39,818 nt of DNA. It comes from Ionaspis alba. Lineage: Eukaryota. Location of the stretch: contig CAXUUL010000065.1 in the NCBI GenBank assembly GCA_964255285.1, forward strand, positions 1-39,818. Direction: 5' to 3'. Below the pieces are notes generated by a model, which did not search any database, had not been told where the DNA came from, and saw only the letters and a list, made by a program, of their open reading frames with translations. The translations under genes were made by a program, and so were the position numbers. Below are positions 1 to 9,274 of this stretch, piece by piece. Numbering within the stretch: the stretch's first letter is position 1; each line of letters begins with the position of its first letter.

Positions 1-407
1 CCGCCCTCCCCGGCTTCTGGATCTTCATGTACTACATCTCTCCCTTCACCTACCTTATCAGCGGGATGCTATCAACCGGCATCGCCAACACGCGCGTCGT
101 CTGCTCCACCATCGAATATCTACACTTCGCTCCCACCGCCGGCGTCACCTGCGGCGAGTACATGGCTCCCTATGTAAGCAATTTCGGTGGGTACGTTCTG
201 GATGCGAATGCGACAGGGGAGTGCCAGTTTTGTGCCTTGTCAGATACAAATATTTTCCTGGCAACCGTGAGCACTTATTATAGTCAGAGGTGGAGGAATT
301 TTGGCATCATGTGGGGGTTTATTGGGTTTAATATTGTGGCGGCCGTGGGCATTTATTGGCTTGCGAGGGTGCCGAAGGGGGCGAGGAGGAAGACGAAGAA
401 GGAGTGA
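1..407 (+). CDS. PDR/CDR-family ABC transporter (ABCG), C-terminal part; the gene begins upstream of the window
   Basis: The frame is open from the window start: [18 protein letters not shown]...VVCS..E.....[11 protein letters not shown]....GGY.....AT..CQFC...SDTN.FL.........[16 protein letters not shown]...[10 protein letters not shown]. This is the typical C-terminal TMD2/extracellular loop of fungal PDR transporters. Stop TGA at 405-407. Confidence 0.93.
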   Translation, partial: ALPGFWIFMYYISPFTYLISGMLSTGIANTRVVCSTIEYLHFAPTAGVTCGEYMAPYVSNFGGYVLDANATGECQFCALSDTNIFLATVSTYYSQRWRNFGIMWGFIGFNIVAAVGIYWLARVPKGARRKTKKE

Positions 408-1292
408 GGGGAGAATGATGAGGGTGTTTAAGGGGAAGGGGTCTGTATGAAGGAGGTGATTTTGTGGCATTGCTCGGTGGTGATTGCTTTCTCCTGCACA
501 TTTAGATCGCGTAAATCTTAGAGCCCACAATAGTGTATACTACAGTGTTATTGCTGTTGATACATGATCGTTCCAGCAATAACCCCTTCATCGTAATAAC
601 ACGTCATGAGAATTAGTATCATATTCAGAGATCGATGCCCATAATAGCCTCCTGTTGTCAGCTTACGCAGGACAAATAGTCACCTCGGCTAATCGAGTGC
701 ACTTGAAACGCTGTCATTGAATTTCAGTAAACATTCCGAAATCTCAAATCTTTTCCTCGTCCTCGGGCGGCCTTACGTCCTTCATCGCCGACCTAGTAAC
801 CTCAACGGGCAAAGCCATCACAAAAACCCGCTAACATCCGCACCTCTCTCACACCAAACGTCATGATAGCACCACATCCCTGTGTAGCCCCAAACCCTAC
901 CACCAAGACACCCCATTACGCCCACCCGAACTATCCATTCGTTGCCAAAATCTCACACAATAGCGGGGGAAGGAAGCACAACCTTAAGCTTGACCTACCC
1001 GGCCGTTCCACCGCAGCCTCCGTTCCCCGTGCCAGAGGGCGGAACAAAAGGATTTTCGATTCCAAAGCCCATTTGTCATACCCGTCTTCGGGAGTCAGAT
1101 GAGGGGCTGGTTCCACTCAGGTACGGGAGCCTGCCAAGCATGTGCGCACGATGCCCTGGTTTTGCCGGGCTAGTGGGGAGCTATGGATGGTGGGTATAAG
1201 AGGAAAATGAAGCCCATTATGCCGGCGCGTGGGCATATTGGTTTACTACTGAAGAACGCCACTTGTTGTCGACTGCTTGCTGAGGCTTCGCC

Positions 1293-4200
1293 ATGGCACA
1301 CTCCTCCCCCTACATCGCCTCGCCAGCGGTGAATGGCTACAGCGGCGATGTCTCAATCATCGACATCCGCCGCAACAACATCCACTTCTCGATCCTAGAC
1401 GAGATGAAGGCGAAACTCCGGCCTGCCGATGGAGGAGAGAAGAGAATGCCTACCATGCTACTATATGACGAGAAGGGGCTGAAGCTCTTCGAGGAGATCA
1501 CCTATCTCGAGGAGTACTATCTCACCAATGCCGAAATTGAGGTCCTAGAGCGGTATGCGGACAAGATTGTGGGGAAGATCGAAGGGGGTTCGCAATTGAT
1601 TGAGCTGGGAAGCGGGTATGCTTCATGCCAGCCAGAAGAAAAAAAACTCTGATGAAGGCGGCTACGTTTCACTGGGCCTGAAATGACTGATCGTAGCTCA
1701 GGAACCTCCGCAAGGTCAAGATTCTACTGCAGGCCATTGAGAAGGCAGGGAAGGAAGTCGAGTACTACGCTCTGGATCTGTCACGCTCGGAGCTCCAGCG
1801 TACGTTGTCGGCGATTCCGCCGGGGACTTTCAAGCATGTCAGATGTCAGGGTCTACTGGGGACTTATGATGATGGGCTCGAGTGGTTGAAATCGCCGAAG
1901 AACATGAGGAAGCCTACCTGCGTCATGTGGCTCGGTTCGTCAATCGGCAACTTGAACCGCCAGGAAGCTGCCGAGTTTCTGACGGGATTTGCCTCTGTTC
2001 TAGGACCAAAAGACTTCATGATGGTAGCAGTTGACGGCTGCCGAGACAAGGACAAGGTTTACCACGCCTACAACGACCGGGAGGGCAAGACACATGAATT
2101 CGTCCGCAATGGATTAACTCACGCGAATAAGCTCCTCGGCAGGGACGCTTTCAAACATGAGGATTGGGAGGTCGTCGGCGAGTATGATGTCGCAGCTGGG
2201 AGACACCAAGCTTTCTTTGTACCCGTCAGGGATCTCAAGATCGATGATGTCTTGTTCTCGGCCGGCGAAAGAGTCAGGATTGAAGAAAGCTACAAATACT
2301 CCTCGGTTCAATGTGAGGAGTTGTGGGAACTTGCCGGACTGCTACAAGGGGCTGTGTATGGAGATCAGACTGGTCAATATAGTAAGTTCATATTCTTTCG
2401 CTGTTATGTGGGAAGTTCGGAAAACGTTGGTCGTTGCTGCATTGTTGATCTGGAGTCGAGATTTGTCTCTAGCGTGATTGGTGCAATAGGCGAGGTCTTC
2501 AATTTTAGCGCTCTTGCCGACTCGTCTATTGACTCCATTGCCATTTCTACTCCTCCTCTTGTTGCCACTGCCTTGAATTTTCTCTTTATGAATATCTAGT
2601 CCCCCCTGATACAAACCATATCTATCTTTAGCTAAGTGGGACACTAACATCACGAAAATGTCAGATATCCACCTCCTTTCGCCTGCCACCTTCATTTATC
2701 CTCTGAAGCCTGAGCAGTACGCTTCAAAGCCGGTACCAAGCCTACAGGAGTTCGAGCAACTATGGGCCGCCTGGGATCTGGTAACAAGATGGATGATCCC
2801 ACACGAGGAGCTCCTCTCCAAGCCCATCAAACTCAGAAATTGTTGTTTGTTCTACCTCGGACATATCCCTAACTTCTTGGATGTGCATCTCACTAGAGCA
2901 ACGGATGGCGTACCAACAAAGCCAAGCCACTACAATAGCATTTTCGAAAGAGGCATTGATCCTGATGTTGATAATCCGGAACAGTGTCACGCGCATAGTG
3001 AAATCCCTGATACTTGGCCGCCTGTTGAAGAAATTCTCACCTTCCAGGGCCGGGTACGAGATAGGGCAAGAGCTCTGTACAAGTCTGATACGGCTGGAAT
3101 AGACCGTAGGCTTGGTCGAGCTCTATGGATCAGCTTTGAGCACGAAGGTGAGCATTTTGGGAACTCCTACGTCTAGAGTAGATTTTGCTAACAGAATCCT
3201 TCCAGCTATGCACTTAGAGACTCTTTTGTACATGCTCTTGCAGAGTGACAAGACCGTGCCACCTCCAGGTGTCAAGCCGGACTTCGAAGCTCTGGCACAT
3301 CAGGCTGAGAGACACGCTGTCCCTAATCAATGGATCAAAGTTCCCGCAAGCGAGATCACTATTGGTCTAGACGATCCGGAGAACGATGAAGGTCCTGATC
3401 GGTATTTTGGCTGGGACAATGAAAAGTCTGCTCACAAAGTTCATGTAGCTGCTTTCGAGGCCAAAGCCCGAGGGCTGACAAACGCTGATTTTGCAATGTA
3501 TTTGAAAGAGACTAATAAGAACTGTATCCCTGCCTCCTGGATCAAGACTGTCGAAGACAAAAGCCTTTATGCCAAGAACTCTAGAATGGCAAACGGTATA
3601 CCAAATGGCGTACACAATGGCAACGTCTACATGAATGGTGACAGCAAGGCTTTGACTGATGCCTTCCTCAACGGAAAGGCAGTCAGGACGGTGTACGGAC
3701 CTGTTCCATTGGCTTATGCTCTCGACTGGCCGGTGATCGCCTCCTACGACGAACTTGCCGGTTGTGCGAAATGGATGAATGGTCGCATTCCTACGATGGA
3801 GGAGACCAGGAGTCTATACAACTATGTTGATCAGCTAACAAGCAAAGAGTCCTCAGGAGTATCTGCACGAACAATTCCCGCAGTCAACGGGTATGCGCAT
3901 CCCATCTCCATCAGAGAGGACAAGAGGCTAACCACACCCTAGGCATCTCTCGAATGAAGGTGTGGAAGAGACCCCGCCATCACACCCTTCTCGTCAGAGC
4001 ATCACCAGTACTGAGCATACTCTCGACCCTGCAAGCCTGTTCGCCAATCTTCAAGGCTGTAATGTGGGGTTCAAGCACTTCCACCCTATGCCGATTACCC
4101 AGAATGGCAACAAGCTCTCCGGTCAAGGAGATATGGGAGGCTGCTGGGAGTGGACAAGCTCAGTACTGGAGAAGCATGAAGGATTTGAAGCGATGGGATT

Positions 4201-4522
4201 GTATCCCGCTTATACAGGTATATATAGCGGCGAGGTGTCCTGAGCGGTGGAATCCACTTCTTCGAAACGCCTCCGTCTGCTTCCACTACTGCGTCCAGCT
4301 TTATGATTCAGACTGATTGATTGCAGCGGACTTCTTCGACGGCAAGCACAACATCATGCTCGGCGGCTCTTGGGCAACGCATCCACGGATCGCTGGTCGG
4401 AAGACTTTGTGCGTTTTTCAAGTCATTTCTCTGAACCAAAGCTGATACTTGATAGCGTCAATTGGTATCAGCGGAACTATCCCTATGTTTGGGCAGGCGC
4501 TCGCCTAGTTCGCGATGTTTGA
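1293..4522 (+). CDS. egt1: Ergothioneine biosynthesis protein 1 (EgtD-type histidine N-alpha-trimethyltransferase fused to an EgtB/FGE-sulfatase-like sulfoxide synthase)
   Basis: Phase-consistent exons: 1293-1615, 1702-2381, 2665-3147, 3206-3890, 3943-4217, 4327-4408, 4456-4522. Methyltransferase motifs: PTMLLYDEKGLKLFEEITYLEEYYLT, LIELGSGNLRKV, WLGSSIGN, AYND, EESYKY. Sulfoxide-synthase motifs: KPIKLRNCCLFYLGHIP, FERGIDPDVD, the iron-binding HEAMHLE, FGWDNE, GGCWEWTSS, ADFFDGKHNIMLGGSWATHPRIAGRKTFVNWYQRNYPYVWAGARLVRD. Stop TGA at 4520-4522. Confidence 0.95.
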
Positions 4523-5421
4523 GCCTCTGATATCGAGGAGAAATTGTCAGAAAGGGGAGGAAGTTGAGGTACCGGACTTTCAACAAGTCCGAATTCAAAT
4601 TTCGGCAGGAGCTAGTCTTGTTTGGGTTTTATTGGTTTCGTATGTTGAAGTCAATACAGTCTTTACCTTGTGAACCAAACTTCTGTTTTCGAGTCTGTTC
4701 TATTCGTGGTTGGGGAGGACTGTTCCTGCAGGCTGAATCGAAATACTCGTCCTTGCAACATGGCAGACGGCTGTTCGCTCTTGCCCACGCGTCTTCTGAG
4801 AGCCGGCTTTGGCCACAACTTCTCTGTCCTTGACTACCTGCATGAGTGCTCCTGCAAATCTTCTTCACAGCACCTAGGTAGAGCTAGTCAATAACAATGG
4901 TTCTCAGCTCAATCAACACAAGACATCCTTGTCTAAACCATCTGTTGACATTGTTACAACGCTGGCGTTCCTGGGTTTCTCTCGATCCGATGCGTTCTTG
5001 CATGCTATCTCATCTACTTGTACTTCGATTGGTTCATAATGTCAAAAGCCAATTTTAATCAAACATCATGTAGACTGTCTCGACCACGTTCATCGTGATC
5101 ACCTTTTCAAACTTTCCCAATGATTCTCCCAATCTGGAACCCTCGAACCATCCGATATCGACTTCCATACTTGCTAGTCTTGTTTACCTTCCCTAGCTGC
5201 CATTTCAATTTGAACCAGCGCCCTCTTCCCATCACTATAAATGAGCCACCTTCCCCCTCCAATGCTCCATTATCTTTTTGCATATCTTTATGAGTTCATG
5301 TACGTAGCAATTGACTGTTACCCCCAAGGCCTCAGTCTTTGCTCATTGAATTTCTTATCCTTTCCCTACCTCGACGCAGACTTCCCCTCTCCCTGTCCAT
5401 CATCGCCTTCTCCCAGCGACA

Positions 5422-7171
5422 ATGGACTTCTCATCCAGCAAATCTTCGGCCGGAGGCCTCTACAAGTGGGAGGTAAGTCCAATCCCCACCCCTCCCTTGC
5501 TCTTCGTGCAACTTTTGAGTCGAAGCTAACATTCGACTTCTTCAGGAAAACAACCACGGTCTTGGTACGACTCCNNNNNNNNNNNNNNNNNNNNNNNNNN
5601 NNNNNNNNNNNNNNNNNNNNNNNNNNNNNNNNNNNNNNNNNNNNNNNNNNNNNNNNNNNNNNNNNNNNNNNNNNTCGAAGCTAACATTCGACTTCTTCAG
5701 GAAAACAACCACGGTCTTGGTACGACTCCTGCTGAGACTCGGATATTGGTATCTTGGTGCAGACTCAATTACTGACATCCCGTTCCAGATCACCACTGTG
5801 GAGTATGCCACACCGGGCTCAAGAGCCAGAAAGCCAAGCGAACATGCTTCGGCGAACATGTGGAGCCATGTCCCAGGTACCATGGGACATTGTTCTTGAT
5901 CGGTACATTCTCTCCTGACTTGGTCTCTTCTTGTCCAGTACTGATGAAAACAACAGGCCATGCACACAAGTGCGAACCGTAAGCTCCTCTTTAGCCTCCC
6001 TCCCATTCTCATCTCCAGCGATCCGCCAGAGCACAGACACTAACATACCTCTCAGATGTCGCACAGCCAACGAGCAAGGAGCCAAGCGCACTCGGAGCAT
6101 CACCGAGCAGCAGCACCAAATCCTCGACATGGACACCTCTTACACCAGCTCGCGAAGAGCCCGGAAGACCTCCAGTACCCCCTCTTCACCATCCTCCCCC
6201 TCCCACTCGCCCTCCCCTGACCGCCACGCCACCGCCTCGATGCCGACTCCGCCTTCCAGTCCCAGCAAAAAGGCCAAGAAGACCGAGTTAGAGGCGGCCA
6301 AGGCCGCCTCCCGCCGCCCGAAGGTCATCACGGCCGCGGACATCGCTTTCGTGGACAGCATCCTGCACCCGGACAAGACCACCACGAAGGCGAATCTCGA
6401 CAAGGAGGCAATCGCCGCGGATCTTGCCTTCAATGCGAGCATGGCCTCGACTGCTGCTGGGCGGAGCTTGACCCAGACACGAAAGGCGTCGTCGTCTTCT
6501 TCTGCTCACGATAGTGAAGCAGAAAAGGAGACTCGGATGGCGCAGGTCCTGGGAGCTCTCGGTATTTCCCGCTCCGTGGCAGGGGAGAGCCGGGAGCGCA
6601 AGGAGTTGGTGGAGACGATCGTCAAGGCCATTGATGCCGATATGACGATTGTCGAGAACGAGGAAAGGGCCCGTCGGAGGGAGAGGGCTGGGTATTGGCG
6701 TTATGCGAATCGTGCGACGTATGACGCCATGGTGAGGAATAATGGGCTGGTCGACTGGGAGACGGGGGTGAAGCTGGCGGAATTGGAGACCGAAGCTTTG
6801 GGGGCAGAGGAGATGAGTGGGGAGGTGGAGAAGGAGAGGGAGGTGGAGAAGCCCGTGATAGAGGGGCTGAAGGATGAGAGGCGTCTTTGCAAGGTGGTGA
6901 GGACTGCCAGTCTCAAGAGAGGGATTGGGGAGATGAAGGAACGAGAGGAGGGTGTTGGTGGGAGGAGGAAAATTGGAGGAAGGGCGAAGANNNNNNNNNN
7001 NNNNNNNNNNNNNNNNNNNNNNNNNNNNNNNNNNNNNNNNNNNNNNNNNNNNNNNNNNNNNNNNNNNNNNNNNNNNNNNNNNNNNNNNNNAAGGAACGAG
7101 AGGAGGGTGTTGGTGGGAGGAGGAAAATTGGAGGAAGGGCGAAGAAGAGGCAGGTTTTGTGCCTGGAGTAG
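5422..7171 (+). CDS. Hypothetical protein with a Cys/His-rich (putative Zn-binding) N-terminus, a Ser/Pro-rich linker and a helical C-terminal region; spans two assembly gaps
   Basis: Hand-spliced exons: 5422-5472, 5546-5564 (artefactually duplicated at 5701-5719), 5789-5902, 5957-5978, and 6056 onward. All introns are GT-AG with CTAAC/CTGAC/CTGAT branch points and matching phases. Product: MDFSSSKSSAGGLYKWEENNHGLDHHCGVCHTGLKSQKAKRTCFGEHVEPCPRYHGTLFLIGHAHKCEPCRTANEQ...ERAGYWRYANRATYDAMVRNNGLVDWETG. Collapsing the 55-nt duplication at the second gap gives the end RAKKRQVLCLE* at 7171. Confidence 0.75.
5520..5729. other. Scaffold gap (100 N) with an exact 55-nt flank duplication (5520-5574 = 5675-5729)
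   Basis: Direct comparison of the two sides of the N run. Confidence 0.95.
6936..7145. other. Scaffold gap (100 N) with an exact 55-nt flank duplication (6936-6990 = 7091-7145)
   Basis: Direct comparison of the two sides of the N run. Confidence 0.95.
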
Positions 7172-7536
7172 GATGCCGTTGGTGAATATGGTTTTTGAGA
7201 CTTGGTGTTTTGGGGTTTTCAATTTCGGGTCTTCCCACCGGTACTGGATTTCAATTTTTGATCCACGATGGATCTACCGCATCTTGTTTTCATTTTCTCC
7301 CTTTATTGGAAAGCCATAGCAATCATTAGCAATCGCAAGCCGCCTATTTCTCTGCATCAGGATTTGACAAAGACATGTCTTGCAGTGCAACCGATGAATC
7401 ACAGCGAGACTATGTTGACTTCGCCAAGCGCAGACCACCGTGAGCACTGGACTGAATTACAGAGCTCAGCATCATGTAATAAACTCCATGATTTCGTAAC
7501 TCTGATATTTTGGAAGCCTGTTAATAAAAACCCAAG

Positions 7537-8859
7537 TCACCATATGGGTATCTCATTAAGCCTGCTTGCAGTCTTCTCCGCCTCAGATTGCTCATCTGCA
7601 ATTCTCGCCAAATCAGCTCGACGTTGTAAGATTCTTTGCGAGACTGCACTTTTGAGCGGCGTTGGTCGCGGCAAAGCATCATCGAACATACTGAGGCTTG
7701 GTAAGGCTTCATTGCGCTTCAAAACACTTTTCGATTTTGACGGGTTATCATTTCGACGAAGAAGGGAAGATTTCGATGTCGGGACACTTCGGAGTGATGA
7801 GGTCGGAGCAGCATTGCGGTCTCTAGCTGCCCTTCTCTTGGAAGAAGTATCCGGCGCCAGGGGCCTGTCTTGCGGATACCGTTTGCTCTCTAGCTGAATA
7901 TAGGCACTGCTTCTAGGGACAGCAGCTTTCCTCTCCACCGCCGGCGCCTCTAGATCATCATCGTTAGCATCTTCAGATGTCGAGACTTCCCCACTTGAGT
8001 AGTCAGGCCGTGACGTTTGTTTTCCTTTGGTTGTTGTCTTCTGCGGAGCTAGGTTAAATGTCTTAGTTTGCTGTTGAGGTTTCTTTGGCTTGGAAAACCC
8101 AGCAGCAGCCCTTGTATGCGACTTGACACCTTGCAAGCCCGTCAACGACATCTGTTGCCTACTTGAACTTGTCATCAACCCTTGAAGCGTTGTTCCAACC
8201 CACGGATCGTCATGCGCAGCCGTATCTCCTTCAGACTCGTCTTCGGTGTCTGCCTTTGGCCTCCGCGAAGCGGCATGCGCCTTTATTTGGTCCAAACCTG
8301 CCTTCTGTTTTGCAGCCTTTGCTTCTTTTTCCTTCCTTCTTTTGGTGTCTTCTCGCATGAGCGTCCTTGAGTCTGTGGGGCGTGAGATTGGTGGCATACT
8401 CGCAAGACTCCGGTTCTTTGCCATGCTCTTGAGACGAACATATTCTGCATGGTGTAGGTGCTGCGTAAATGTTTTGGCGACCGCATGGAACTCGTCTTCA
8501 ACCATAATGTAAATATCGTCGCGATCTAGGCCTTCCCTCATGAAACTAGAATCATTGAGCCATGCCCAGTAACAGAACCTTAAAGAAAGTCTCACTCTTC
8601 CGAAGGAGGTTGTGGTGGTGGTGATGTGGACGGCGTCCGATCTGGAACGAACCTCAACCTCTAGCTATAAGTGCGTATAGATTCTGTTCATACCTGCACT
8701 CACTACCGCCTTGTGCTGGAGGGGCGAAGTGGTAGCTGGTGGCGCATGGTCATTGGAATCGCGATCGAGGATTCTTTGCCTTTTGGCTGGTCTTAAATTG
8801 TTATTTTGAACTTTCGTAGACTGTGCTTGATTTTTGAGCCATGGGATCGTCCTTGCCAT
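7537..8859 (-). CDS. Conserved fungal hypothetical protein (basic, low complexity, probably nuclear)
   Basis: Exons 8859-8694, 8641-8596 and 8545-7537, joined by GT-AG introns. Product: MARTIPWL...DRTPSTSPPPQPPSEDFMREGLDRDDIYIMVEDEFHAVAKTFTQHLHHAEYVRLK...DDPWVGTTLQGLM...LNEIPIW. These blocks resemble an uncharacterised Pezizomycotina family (from recall, not searched). Confidence 0.8.
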
Positions 8860-9274
8860 GATCCAGAACGTTGTCGACCCTGTATTGCCGTTGGCATGGA
8901 TGTAAATAAAGGGCGTGTGGGAACAAAACCCGTCTCGTGCTTGTGGGGTTTTCGCTCCGGCACGAAGGCATGTGACGTCGGGAACAGGGCTGCCTGTTAT
9001 CTCGTGAATCCCAAACAAAACTCAAGGACTGTTCTACATCTTCTGGATAGCTTCACTCCTACAATTATGTATAATCACAGCTTGAGCGTAAACGTTATGC
9101 CTGCACGCGCTCACAGCGGTTCATCAAACCAAGCCGACGCAGATACTTGGTTAGCAACCCATAGAAGCCAACGACAATGAAACATAAGCTCCTGGTAGCT
9201 TCTTCTTGGAGTTGATTTGCAGGAAATCTCTATACCTCCTTTCGTGGTCCTGACTGCATCTCGTTTCTCCTGCA

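Noticed and set aside
4232..4273. Hammerhead-like elements in egt1 intron 5 (GUC, CUGAG, GAAAC, with a stem III-like pairing)
   Set aside because: There is no stem I between GUC and CUGA, and the core reads CUGAGCG rather than CUGANGA (G8 and A9 missing), so it is not a valid hammerhead. It also lacks the P1.1/P4/J4-2 elements of an HDV-like ribozyme.
1..4522. PDR transporter as a dedicated ergothioneine exporter
   Set aside because: Adjacency is the only evidence, and PDR transporters are numerous with broad specificity.
5931..7319. 462-aa ORF from the ORF track as the real protein
   Set aside because: Its start reads through intronic sequence, and its C-terminus results from a frame change across the artefactual gap.
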